NCBI GenBank assembly: GCA_965215505.1
Contig: OZ244065.1
Coordinates: forward strand, 5,728,001-5,792,000
Reading direction: 5' to 3'
DNA from: Capsulimonadaceae bacterium
GTDB taxonomy: Bacteria; Armatimonadota; Armatimonadia; Armatimonadales; Capsulimonadaceae
DNA: 64,000 bases
The translations under genes were made by a program, and so were the position numbers. Each line of letters begins with the position of its first letter. The stretch's first letter is position 1. The notes beneath the pieces were generated by a model. That model had not been told where the DNA came from and did not search any database. It saw only the letters and a program-made list of their open reading frames with translations. This document shows, one piece after another, positions 51,383 to 61,096 of this stretch.

Positions 51383-51697
51383 ATGTCCACGACCATGCCC
51401 GACGTTTTAACGAATCAGACTGATGAAGAACGTGAAGCCCTCTCAAAGAGAGGTCTTGCGATCTATGACGAGAAGCTCAAGCCCATCCTCGAACCCGGAT
51501 TCGACAAGAAGTATGTCGCCATCCATGTGGATACGGAAGATTACGCTGTCGCTGACTCCTCCGGCAACGCCATGCGGGCCATACGGGAGCGCCACCCGGA
51601 AGGCTGGCTCGTCATGAAGCGTGTCGGCAATGAGCCGGAGTGGGGCCTCGCGGCGCGTCTGCTGGTCGGGAAAATGATGGCAGGTCAGCAGAAATGA
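51383..51697 (+). CDS. Small DUF5678-like protein (putative partner of the aspartic protease)
   Basis: G..IY...L...LE......YVAI.VDT.DY.VAD....A......HP pattern; ATGA overlap with the next gene. Confidence 0.7.
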   Translation: MSTTMPDVLTNQTDEEREALSKRGLAIYDEKLKPILEPGFDKKYVAIHVDTEDYAVADSSGNAMRAIRERHPEGWLVMKRVGNEPEWGLAARLLVGKMMAGQQK

Positions 51698-52056
51698 TCG
51701 TAGGCCATTGGCGCGACGGTTTCCCGCGCGTGACGCTTACGCTCCTTGGCGGGCGCGAGCCGATGAGCCTTGAGTTCGTCGTAGACACGGGCTTTAACGG
51801 CGAGATCGCTCTGCCTGAGTGTCTCATCGGTCAACTAGGCGCTTCCCCCAAAGGGACACACTATTTAGAACTAGCGGGCGGCTTCCGGCAACTCTCCTAT
51901 TCCTATGAGCTGCTTCTGGAGTGGGACGGGGAGGAGCGGGTAGTCGAAGTTCTGTCGCTCGATGGTAAACCGCTGTTAGGCAACGACTTGTGGAAGGATC
52001 AAGCCCTGCAAGCAGAGAACACGGACGGCGGCGATGTGGGTTTCGAGCCGCTGTAG
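51694..52056 (+). CDS. Clan AA (retropepsin-like) aspartic protease
   Basis: VVDTGFNG catalytic motif, C-terminal PLLG. Confidence 0.85.
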   Translation: MIVGHWRDGFPRVTLTLLGGREPMSLEFVVDTGFNGEIALPECLIGQLGASPKGTHYLELAGGFRQLSYSYELLLEWDGEERVVEVLSLDGKPLLGNDLWKDQALQAENTDGGDVGFEPL

Positions 52057-52085
52057 ACATTCATCAACATCAAGGAGCATTCATC

Positions 52086-52772
52086 GTGGCACAAAGCAGT
52101 GAGCGCAAGGCGCTGATCGTGTGGGGCGGGTGGGACGGACATGAGCCGCAGCAGGTGGCGGAGATCTTCGCGCGGGAGCTGACGGCCAAAGGCTTCCAGG
52201 TTGAGGTGGCGGACACTCTGGATGCCTTCAAAGACGCCGAGAAGCTGAATTCGCTGGCCCTGATCGTCCCGGTCTGGACCATGAGCCAGATCAGCGGCGA
52301 ACAGCTCAACCCGATCCTGGAAGCCGTCAAGGGCGGCGTCGGGCTTGGCGGCTGCCACGGCGGCATGTGCGACGCCTTCCGCGAGTCCACCGAGTGGCAG
52401 TGGATGACCGGCGGGCAGTGGGTGTCGCACCCCGGCAACGACGGCACGGACTATACCGTCCGCATCACCGACCCCGACCACTTCATCACCAAAGGCTCGC
52501 CCGCCGAGTTCGCCGTCAAGAGCGAACAGTATTACATGCACACGGATCCTTCCAACGTGACACTGGCCGTCACCCGCTTCCCGGTGGCCGACGGCCCGCA
52601 CGTCCCCAACGGCCAGTTCGACATGCCCGTCGTCTGGACCCGGATGTGGGGCGAGGGCCGCGTCTACTACAACTCACTCGGCCATCACGCCGACATCGTC
52701 GCCCAGCCCGAAATCCTGCCCCTGATGGTGCGCGGCCTGCTCTGGGCCGCCCGCGCCGAAGACGCGGCGTAG
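52086..52772 (+). CDS. ThuA-domain (class I glutamine amidotransferase-like) protein
   Basis: WGGWDGHEP, GCHGG, EQYYMH, WGEGRVYYNSLGH; AAGGAG RBS. Confidence 0.88.
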   Translation: MAQSSERKALIVWGGWDGHEPQQVAEIFARELTAKGFQVEVADTLDAFKDAEKLNSLALIVPVWTMSQISGEQLNPILEAVKGGVGLGGCHGGMCDAFRESTEWQWMTGGQWVSHPGNDGTDYTVRITDPDHFITKGSPAEFAVKSEQYYMHTDPSNVTLAVTRFPVADGPHVPNGQFDMPVVWTRMWGEGRVYYNSLGHHADIVAQPEILPLMVRGLLWAARAEDAA

Positions 52773-52803
52773 CGCGCAAGGCGCTCCCCGTGAAGGAAAC
52801 CCC

Positions 52804-53697
52804 ATGCAGGCAATCCGCCGTGCGATGCCGCTCTTGATGCTCCTGCTGTCGGGCAGTTCCGTTTCGGCGGGGCACGCCGCCCCCGCCGCCAAGGCCGCGC
52901 CCGCTAGGCATCAGGGCACAGTAGTTCCTGCCCCCGCGCCCCTCGCGGGGCAGGGCTACCGGCTGGTCAAGAACTGGGACTTCGGCGCGACCGTGACGAG
53001 CAGGCGGCAGCTTTACGACCAGTTTTACACGCGCTATGTCTACAACAACGGGACTTTGGACACGCTCAACGACGAGTGGGAGCGCTACCGGGACGACGAC
53101 AACCATGTCTTTGACGGTCACGTCCTGAGACTGACGGCGCGCATTGTGGACGGGATGAAGGCCGGGGGCATCGAGAGCGGGATGCTGCGCTCCAAGTGGG
53201 TCGGCGAGTACGGCTACTACGAGTGCTGCATGAAGGTCCCGGCGGGGCGCGGGATGTGGCCGGCCTTCTGGCTCAACCCGCAGGACGGGACGTGGCCTCC
53301 GGAGATCGACATCATGGAGATCGTCAACAACGGCCGCGACACGACCAGGAACTCGTTCCATAACCTCCACGGCGGCAAGTTGGACCCGCCAACTGACATC
53401 AGCACGGTCCTGGACAAGTACAACTCGTACCACCCTCCCTTTGATTTTGCCGACGGCTTCCACACCTTCTCCGTGCTGTGGACGCCGGACACGGTGACGC
53501 ATTATGTGGACGGCGTTCCGGTCGCGAAGCGCCGCATGAAGTGGCGTCACTCGGACGGGAGCGAGGCCGGCCCAGCACATGTCCTGGTCAACCTCGCCGT
53601 CGGCGGTGCCTGGCCAGGCCCGCCGCAGACCCAGGAGCAGTTTCCCTCGGCGCTGACGATCAAGTACATCCGCGTGTGGCAAAAGGCAGGCAAATAA
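52804..53697 (+). CDS. Secreted GH16-family glycoside hydrolase
   Basis: Signal peptide, WPAFW, EIDIME (ExDxxE), FHTFSVLWTP, NLAVGG. Confidence 0.88.
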   Translation: MQAIRRAMPLLMLLLSGSSVSAGHAAPAAKAAPARHQGTVVPAPAPLAGQGYRLVKNWDFGATVTSRRQLYDQFYTRYVYNNGTLDTLNDEWERYRDDDNHVFDGHVLRLTARIVDGMKAGGIESGMLRSKWVGEYGYYECCMKVPAGRGMWPAFWLNPQDGTWPPEIDIMEIVNNGRDTTRNSFHNLHGGKLDPPTDISTVLDKYNSYHPPFDFADGFHTFSVLWTPDTVTHYVDGVPVAKRRMKWRHSDGSEAGPAHVLVNLAVGGAWPGPPQTQEQFPSALTIKYIRVWQKAGK

Positions 53698-53734
53698 GAG
53701 GGCGTAGCCGACGAAGACGAGGAGACGATCTATC

Positions 53735-54862
53735 ATGACTGTGATGCTGGACAGACCAAAATCCGACGCCGAAGTCCCTGACCCGTCGGTGCCGGAACGG
53801 GCGGACCGCTACCACGTTTCCGTCGGGGAATACAGCACGTTCAAGCGCGATGGCTTCCTGGTCGTGCGCGGCCTTGTTTCGCCCGCCGAGATCGCCGAGC
53901 TGAGGCAGCACACGGAGGACTTGATGCAGGGGCGGCTGCCGGAGCAGAACCGGACCATGAGGGAGGGCGACAAGCCGGGGCACGGGGTCGCCGTGCAGGG
54001 GTTGGAGGCACCGCCCGCGCACCTGTCGCCGGACGAAAAGGCGCAATACTTCCTGCGTATCCACATGCTGCACCGGCAGCTTGAACTGCACGAGCGCTAC
54101 ATGCTCCACCCAAGAGTGCTTGACGTCCTGGAGTCCATCATCGGGCCGGACGTGCTGGCCTTGCAGACCATGCTGTTCCTGAAGCCGCCCGGTAAGCCCG
54201 GCCAGGGCTGGCACCAGGACCGCTTTTACATCCCAACCCATCCGGACACCCTCTGCGGCGCGTGGATTGCGATTGACGACACGGACGAGCTGAACGGGGC
54301 GATGTGGATGGCGCTGGGCAGCGGGTCCGAGCCTGTCTACCCGCCCCACGCCAGCCTGGGCTATGGGGCCTTCGGCCAGCGCGAACTGGAGGGCATCGAG
54401 TACGTCGGCGGCGTCAGCGACCCCGACGATGAGAAGAACGACCTGTCGCGGATCGCGGGCAAGTACCCGCAGGTACTCGTCCCGGCCAGGGCCGGCGATG
54501 TCGTCTTCTTCAATGGCCACATCCTGCACCGCTCCAAGAAGAACTGGACCGAGGACCGCTACCGGAGGTCGTTCGTCTCCCACTATTGCAACGCCCGGTC
54601 GTTCACCCAGTGGGGCGGCGACGGGCCGCAGACGGTGGATCCGGTCACGGGCATGACGAACGGCGCGCACATCCTGGCGCGCGGCGACACGCACCTGCCG
54701 TTCACGCGGCCCAGGTTCGGGACGCCCTGCGCGGCCCTGCTTTCAACGGAGGAGCGCCGCAGCCGGAGCGAGGCGGCGGCGTCAATGATGATGGGAGACA
54801 TGGACAGCGGACTAATGGGCGCTGCCCCCGCCGAGCCGGACCGCGACCACGATCACCGATGA
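53735..54862 (+). CDS. Phytanoyl-CoA dioxygenase (PhyH) family Fe(II)/2OG oxygenase
   Basis: WHQD, WIAIDD...NG, GDVVFF...LHRS, R motif. Confidence 0.88.
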   Translation: MTVMLDRPKSDAEVPDPSVPERADRYHVSVGEYSTFKRDGFLVVRGLVSPAEIAELRQHTEDLMQGRLPEQNRTMREGDKPGHGVAVQGLEAPPAHLSPDEKAQYFLRIHMLHRQLELHERYMLHPRVLDVLESIIGPDVLALQTMLFLKPPGKPGQGWHQDRFYIPTHPDTLCGAWIAIDDTDELNGAMWMALGSGSEPVYPPHASLGYGAFGQRELEGIEYVGGVSDPDDEKNDLSRIAGKYPQVLVPARAGDVVFFNGHILHRSKKNWTEDRYRRSFVSHYCNARSFTQWGGDGPQTVDPVTGMTNGAHILARGDTHLPFTRPRFGTPCAALLSTEERRSRSEAAASMMMGDMDSGLMGAAPAEPDRDHDHR

Positions 54863-56184
54863 GCGAGGGTCGTGTCCTGGCTGACGGGGGGATAAAGCAG
54901 GCGCTCCGGGCGTCGCCACCAGCCAGGGGAATGGAGTTCGGGCGCGTCGTGGAAGCCGCGCGCCGCCAAATCGCGCAGCATCACCGCCAGTTGGGTCGGG
55001 CGCGGCGGGCCGGAGCCGCTGACCTCAAACGCGCCGGCCTCATAATAGCCCTCGACGCGCGTGACGAGGCTGTTCCACTCGTAAGACCCGAGCAACGCCC
55101 AGGAAGTGACCGCCCTCACGTCGGCACCCTCACGGCGCAACGTCAGGGCGGCATCCCAGTTCTCCTGGAACCAGCGCATCTGTTCGTCGCAGGTGGAAGC
55201 CAGGTGCGCCTCGGTCAGCGCCAGTGGCAGCCCGTAACGCCCCCATGCCTCGCGCAGCAGGGCGGCCGGACCCTCGCTCGGCTCGGCGCAGACACGGACC
55301 GCCTCGACGTCCGCGTAGCGGTCCCTCTGGTTACTGCCCCAGACCGGGGGGGGGTAGTGTTCCAGTCGCTCGTCCAGAAACCGCTCGCTTGTGACGTAGT
55401 GGTCGCACCCGAGTGTGTCCGGCGGACACGGCTCGTCCAGGAAGACGCGCCACTCGTGGTCAGCCACGCCGAGCCAGCGCAAATAATGGGCCATCGGGTG
55501 GCCGTCGTCTACCCGCCCGCAGAGCAGATCAAAGCTCAGCCAGCGCCGCTCGTTCTCGAACTCGGCCTGGTACGCCATGTGGGGCGTGCTGTACGTTTTG
55601 CCCACATCCTCCGTCTGCACAAGTTTCGCCTGGGGATTCACTTCGCGGATCGCCCGCATCGCCAGGACAATCGCCCGGCACTGCGCCAGCAGGATGCGCG
55701 CCCATGTCAGCGCGTCACTGCCGTGCGGGTGCCAGTGCCCATAGATGCCGCTGAAACGCGCGGTCGTCATGGGTTCATTGACCGGCGTGTAGGCGGACAC
55801 CCAGGGATAGCGCCGTGCGACGGCACCGGCATACTCGGCCAGCCGCTCCGGGAACAGGGGATCAAGAAAGTGAGTGGAAGCGGGGCCGCTGCCATGATGG
55901 AGCAGCCCCACGATCGGCTCGATGCCGAGTTGGCGTAGACGCCCCAACCGGGCGTCTGCCCAGGACCAGTCGGCCTGGGCGACGCCCTCCGGGGCAGTAC
56001 GCTCCCAGAGAACCGGGTAACGCAACGCGCTGAGGCCGAGGCCGGCGAACAAATCGAGGTCCTCGATGCGGCGGCCATGACCGCTCCATTCGAGCTGATC
56101 GAAGTGCGTGTCGCCGACGCGGTTCAGGGTGCATTCAACGCCGCCCCAGAGTTCCAGCGGTCTCAGTTCCGGTGGCATATCCAT
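54853..56184 (-). CDS. GH1-like TIM-barrel glycoside hydrolase
   Basis: WGGVECT.NRV, RYPVLWE, LLHHGSG, TPVNEP, LTEAH. Confidence 0.8.
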   Translation of the reverse strand: MDMPPELRPLELWGGVECTLNRVGDTHFDQLEWSGHGRRIEDLDLFAGLGLSALRYPVLWERTAPEGVAQADWSWADARLGRLRQLGIEPIVGLLHHGSGPASTHFLDPLFPERLAEYAGAVARRYPWVSAYTPVNEPMTTARFSGIYGHWHPHGSDALTWARILLAQCRAIVLAMRAIREVNPQAKLVQTEDVGKTYSTPHMAYQAEFENERRWLSFDLLCGRVDDGHPMAHYLRWLGVADHEWRVFLDEPCPPDTLGCDHYVTSERFLDERLEHYPPPVWGSNQRDRYADVEAVRVCAEPSEGPAALLREAWGRYGLPLALTEAHLASTCDEQMRWFQENWDAALTLRREGADVRAVTSWALLGSYEWNSLVTRVEGYYEAGAFEVSGSGPPRPTQLAVMLRDLAARGFHDAPELHSPGWWRRPERLLYPPVSQDTTLAHR

Positions 56185-56210
56185 GGGTCGCCCGGCGGCG
56201 TGTTACTCCT

Positions 56211-57386
56211 TCAGACGGGCTGCGGGGCACCGTTAGCGGCGCTTTTGACGCTCGCAACAGGTACGGCAGCGGGCACGACGATTCGCTCGGCGCGGCTTCC
56301 GTGCAATTTGTCGAACATGGCAAGGGCCTGGCCGACGACCTGGTCCATGTTGTAGTACTTGTAGGTGCCGAGACGCCCGACGAAGTGGACACCGCGCGTA
56401 CTGTCAGCCAGGTCCTTGTAGCGGGCATACAGCGCATTGCAGGCTGGGCTGGGCACGGGGTAGTACGGGTCACCGTCCGCGCGCGGGTATTCATAAACGA
56501 TGTCCGTCTTTGCGTGCTGCTGCCCGGTGATCCACTTGAACTCGGTCATACGGGTGTGTGCGTGATCGTTCGGGCAGTTGACCGTCGCATAGGGCAGGCC
56601 GTCGGCGGCGTCCCTGGTTTCGTGCCGGAACTCCAGCGAGCGGTAGGGCAGCCGGCCGAAGCGGTGATCGAAGTATTCATCCACGGGGCCGGTAAAGATG
56701 ACCTCCCGGCACGGCACCATGTTCTTGATCTCCCGCCAGTCCGTGTTCAGCATGATCTTGATGTTAGGGTGATTGAGCATCGCCTCGAACATCCGTGTGT
56801 ACCCATGCTTGGGCATGGACTGAAAGGTGTCCGTGAAATACCGGTCGTCCGTGTTCGTCCGAGTGGGGATGCGGGCTGTCACCTGCGCGTCAAGCTCCGA
56901 AGGGTCCATGCCCCACATCTTGCGGGTATAGCCCCGGAAAAACTTCTCGTACAGCTCGCGCCCGACCCGGCTCACGACGACGTCCTCGGACGTCCGGGCG
57001 TGACCGATGGATTCGGCGCGGGACTGGAAGAATGCTTCGCATTCGGCCTCCGTCTGGAGGTTCAGGCCGTACATGCGGTTGACCGTGGTGCGGTTGATCG
57101 GGATCGGGAACATCTCCCCGTCCACAATGGCGACCACGCGGTGTTCATACGCGCGCCATTCGGTGAACTGAGAGAGGTAGTCAAAGATGCGCTCCGAGTT
57201 CGTGTGGAAGATGTGAGGCCCATAAGGATGGATCAGGATGCCCTCGGTGTCGTACCGGTCGTAGGCATTACCGCCGATGTGGCTGCGCTTGTCGATCAGC
57301 AGCACCTTCTTCCCGGCTTGGGAAGCCAGCCGCTCGGCCAAGACACTCCCGGCGAACCCGGCCCCGACGATTAGGTAGTCAAACAT
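56211..57386 (-). CDS. glf: UDP-galactopyranose mutase
   Basis: GAGFAG, HIGGNAYD, YGPHIFHT, LPYRSL, PYYP, GRLGTYKYYNMDQ. Confidence 0.96.
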   Translation of the reverse strand: MFDYLIVGAGFAGSVLAERLASQAGKKVLLIDKRSHIGGNAYDRYDTEGILIHPYGPHIFHTNSERIFDYLSQFTEWRAYEHRVVAIVDGEMFPIPINRTTVNRMYGLNLQTEAECEAFFQSRAESIGHARTSEDVVVSRVGRELYEKFFRGYTRKMWGMDPSELDAQVTARIPTRTNTDDRYFTDTFQSMPKHGYTRMFEAMLNHPNIKIMLNTDWREIKNMVPCREVIFTGPVDEYFDHRFGRLPYRSLEFRHETRDAADGLPYATVNCPNDHAHTRMTEFKWITGQQHAKTDIVYEYPRADGDPYYPVPSPACNALYARYKDLADSTRGVHFVGRLGTYKYYNMDQVVGQALAMFDKLHGSRAERIVVPAAVPVASVKSAANGAPQPV

Positions 57387-57407
57387 CGCTTCTTTCTTCT
57401 CTCTGGT

Positions 57408-58532
57408 TTATTTCTGTGCTGCTTCCCGGTCCTGAACGACGCCGCCGATGAGGGCGTGGATCTGTCCCCAGATCTTGTCCCAGGACATCTCCGCCAGCAG
57501 CGGGTCCACATGTGCCAGGCGCTCCGCCTTGTCCTCCCGCATGGCTGCCTCGCAGGCCGCCACGAAGTCTCCCGGCGTGTCTGCGACGCGGACTAATCCC
57601 TGTTCGCCGTACATGCTCACCACGTCTTTAATGGAAGTGGAAACCACGGGCTTGCCGGCGGCGAGATACTCGGGCGTTTTCGTCGGGCTGATAGAGCGCG
57701 TCGAGTCGTTGCGGGCGAACGGCATGATCGCCACGTCCCAGCCGGCGAGGTAGGCCGGGAGGTCAGCGTAATCTTTGCCGCCGAGGTAGTGAATGTTCGC
57801 ACGCCGAGCCAGGGCGGTTTCCGGGATCTTGCCGGAAACGGGGCCGACGATGACCCACTGCCACCCGGGCCGCAGGTCAGCCACCCCGGCCAGCAGGTCA
57901 AAATCAATGCGCTCGTCCAGTACGCCGAAGAACCCAAGGCGGGGGTGGGGGATGTCCTTCTGGTCGGCTGGGTCGGCCGGACCCGATCTGGCCTGCCCGA
58001 AGTGAGGTACGTCCACGGCGCTGGCAAAATAGAAGACGCGCGGATGCCTGTCCTTCTTACCTTCGTACAGCGTCGGGCCGCCTGCGAAAACCAAGTCGGC
58101 ACGCTCCAGCAGCCGCGCTTCCCGCCCCAACAGCTCAGGGTGGGCACCGGCGAAGGACGCCAGATCGTCCATGACGTCGAACGCGACGGCTTTGGGCGTC
58201 AGGTCCGAGGTCCAAGTCACCATCATCGGCGTGTAGTACCAGAGGACGTAGTCGGCGACGGCGTGTTCCTGCATGAAGTCGCCGAGCAGGCGTCGGTACA
58301 TGTGCCCGTGTTCCTCCTCGGTCGGCCCCCAGGGCAGGTGTGCGACGAGGACCTGGACGCCGCCGGTCCGGGGAGTGACATGCAGCCAAGGGTTTTCCGA
58401 GTCAAACACCGGCTCTTCCACGAAGAAGACGCGGTGCTGCGGCGCAAAGCGGCTGATCAGGTGCTGTGGCCTCTGGTAAACAAAATCCCAGCGCAGGTGC
58501 GAAAGGCAGATCAAGTCATATTGGGCAGACAT
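57408..58532 (-). CDS. GT-B glycosyltransferase associated with glf
   Basis: SHLRWDFVYQRPQHL, WYYTPM, GVLDERID, ISPTKTPEYLAAGKPVVST; start ATG 58532 with GGAGG RBS. Confidence 0.88.
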   Translation of the reverse strand: MSAQYDLICLSHLRWDFVYQRPQHLISRFAPQHRVFFVEEPVFDSENPWLHVTPRTGGVQVLVAHLPWGPTEEEHGHMYRRLLGDFMQEHAVADYVLWYYTPMMVTWTSDLTPKAVAFDVMDDLASFAGAHPELLGREARLLERADLVFAGGPTLYEGKKDRHPRVFYFASAVDVPHFGQARSGPADPADQKDIPHPRLGFFGVLDERIDFDLLAGVADLRPGWQWVIVGPVSGKIPETALARRANIHYLGGKDYADLPAYLAGWDVAIMPFARNDSTRSISPTKTPEYLAAGKPVVSTSIKDVVSMYGEQGLVRVADTPGDFVAACEAAMREDKAERLAHVDPLLAEMSWDKIWGQIHALIGGVVQDREAAQK

Positions 58533-58844
58533 GCTTCCTCCAAAAGAGACGGGAGACTGGTTTCTGACTACAAGGCCGGGCGGCATCAATGCCGGCAGTA
58601 GGGCGGAAAACGCCACTGCCCGGATAGGAAGCACGAACGTCTGCGGGACCCAGACACGCGGCGAGGGGTCGGCACTCCGTATGGCCCGGAGTATGGGTTC
58701 GCCGTCGTGCTGGGTGTTTACCCAGTGTCAACGACTGTTAAAACGTGGCACTAACGGTGTATTTGGGATGAAATGTATGACAAGAAAAATTGCCGGGGCG
58801 AGTCAGGTATAATAGCGGACGATCCTACCGGAAGGAGCGAAGCC

Positions 58845-59462
58845 TTGACGATTACCTTCAGCCCCCAGAACACCAGGAGGTCGGGAACAGCGCAGCGACC
58901 GGAAGACGAACCACGGGGTGGCCTGCGGCGCTGGACACCCGACGAGTGCCATCGCATGATCGCCATGAATCTCTTCAAAGGCGACCGCGTGGAGCTGCTT
59001 GGTGGCAGCATCCGGCAGGCACACATCTCCGGCCTCCACCATTGGACGCGGGAGCAGTGTCACCGCCTCATCGAAGCCGGCTTCTTCGACGATGGATGGG
59101 GGAATTTCTGGAAGGGCTGATCTGGGACATGGCCGGACAGATGACGCCGCACACGACTGGAACGGATCACACAGCTCTCGTTGGAGGACGCGTTCGCGGG
59201 CACGCTAGAGGTCAGGGTACGAATGCCCATTGCGCTGCCGGACGAGACGGAGCCGGAGCCTGATGTCGCCGTCGCGCCGGGGACGCCCCTCGATTATCTG
59301 GAACACCACCCCGGCCCGGACGAGCTGCTACTTGCCGTCGAGGTATCAGACAGACAGCGTACTCGCCAAAGACCGGGGCCTGAAAGAAGCGGCGCCCCGC
59401 TGAACGCGCCGCAAAAACCTATCACGGCCGCCGACCTGCTGCCGCCGAATAAACAACTATGA
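58845..59462 (+). pseudogene. Uma2/DUF820-family endonuclease pseudogene
   Basis: RWT..E.HR..RVELLGG, E.LEG.I..M..PH and EPEPDVAV..LLAVEVSD fall in three reading frames; the usual downstream K...YA..G..EYW segment is missing. Confidence 0.8.
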
Positions 59463-61096
59463 CAAACGCCAACACAAACCTCAACACAGAAACCATGAAA
59501 AAGAAAGTCGTCGTGCTGGGCAGCGGCCCCATCCGCATCGGGCAGGGGATCGAGTTCGATTATGCCAGCGTCCACTGCGTCCGCGCCTTGCGCGAGGCGG
59601 GGTATGAGGCGATCATCATCAATAACAACCCCGAGACGGTTTCGACGGACTTCGACACTTCGGACCGGCTCTACTTCGAGCCGCTGACGGCCGAGGACGT
59701 GCTGCACGTCATCGAGCGCGAAAGCCCGATCGAGGGCGTCATCGTTCAGTTCGGCGGGCAGACGGCGATCAACCTGGCGAGGCCGCTGTCCGACGCGGGC
59801 GTGCCCATCCTCGGCTCGTCGTTCGACAGCATCGACCTGGCCGAAGACCGGGACCGGTTCGAGGGCCTGCTGGCCCGGCTCAACATCCCCAAGCCGGCGG
59901 GCCGGGCGGTCACTTCCACCGAGGCCGCCGTCTCCGTGGCGGACGAGATCGGCTACCCGGTCTTGGTGCGGCCCTCCTACGTTCTGGGCGGGCGGGCGAT
60001 GGAGATCGTCTACAACCACGCCGACCTGCGCGAGTACATGCGTTACGCCGCCGACATCTCGGACGGGGCGCCCATCCTGGTGGACCGCTATATCGTGGGG
60101 AAGGAGGCCGAGGTGGACGTGATTGCCGACGGCAAAGGCGGCTGCCTCCTGCCCGGCATCATGGAACACATCGAGCGGGCCGGAGTGCATTCGGGCGACT
60201 CGATGGCGGTCTACCCCCCGCAGACCATCAAGCGCGAGACCATCGAGCAGATGGTCGCCTATGCCACGCGGCTTTCGGAGGCCCTGAACGTAGTCGGCCT
60301 GATGAACATCCAGTTCGTCATCGAGGACGATCAGGCCTATATCATCGAGGTCAACCCGCGTGCCTCCCGCACCGTCCCGTACCTGAGCAAGATCACCGGC
60401 ATCCCTATGGTGAAGGCGGCGACCTGGGCCACGCTGGGCCGGAGTCTGGCCGAGCAGGGATATACCAATGGCCTGCACCCGGATCAGCCCAACATCGCGG
60501 TCAAGGCACCCGTGTTCTCCTTCGCCAAACTGACCGACGTGGACATCAACCTGGGACCTGAGATGAAGTCTACGGGCGAGATCCTGGGGATCGACACGGA
60601 CTTCTCGCGCGCCCTGTACAAAGCGATGGTGGCGAGCGGCATTGATGTCCCCGCCGGCGGCAAGGGGGCCGCCCTGCTGGTGACGCTGGCCGACGGCGAC
60701 AAGGAGGAGGCCCTGCCGATCATAAAGGACTTCGCCGCGCTGGGCTTCCAGCTCTACGCGACCGGCGGGACCGCCCGCTTCTTGACCACACACGGCCTGG
60801 AAGTGACGGCGGCGAAGAAAATCAGCGAGGGGACGCCCAACCTGCTGGACCTGATCCGGGGCGGGCGCGTCGCGCTGCTCATCAACACGGTCTCCAAGGA
60901 CAAGCGGATCGAGAAAGAGGCCGCCCTGATCCGCCGCGCCTCGGTTGAACACTCCATCCCCTGCCTGACCTCCCTTGACACCGCCCGTGCCTTGCACACC
61001 GCCCTCGCGACCCGGCAGGTCGGCGAGGCGTTCGAGGTGATGACGGTGGATAGATATACGGCCAAGCGGCCTGAAATCACCCAGGCCGGCGCTTGA
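59459..61096 (+). CDS. carB: Carbamoyl-phosphate synthase large subunit, C-terminal half (carbamoyl-phosphate + MGS domains)
   Basis: [62 protein letters not shown] domain; alternative start 59495. Confidence 0.96.
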   Translation: MTNANTNLNTETMKKKVVVLGSGPIRIGQGIEFDYASVHCVRALREAGYEAIIINNNPETVSTDFDTSDRLYFEPLTAEDVLHVIERESPIEGVIVQFGGQTAINLARPLSDAGVPILGSSFDSIDLAEDRDRFEGLLARLNIPKPAGRAVTSTEAAVSVADEIGYPVLVRPSYVLGGRAMEIVYNHADLREYMRYAADISDGAPILVDRYIVGKEAEVDVIADGKGGCLLPGIMEHIERAGVHSGDSMAVYPPQTIKRETIEQMVAYATRLSEALNVVGLMNIQFVIEDDQAYIIEVNPRASRTVPYLSKITGIPMVKAATWATLGRSLAEQGYTNGLHPDQPNIAVKAPVFSFAKLTDVDINLGPEMKSTGEILGIDTDFSRALYKAMVASGIDVPAGGKGAALLVTLADGDKEEALPIIKDFAALGFQLYATGGTARFLTTHGLEVTAAKKISEGTPNLLDLIRGGRVALLINTVSKDKRIEKEAALIRRASVEHSIPCLTSLDTARALHTALATRQVGEAFEVMTVDRYTAKRPEITQAGA

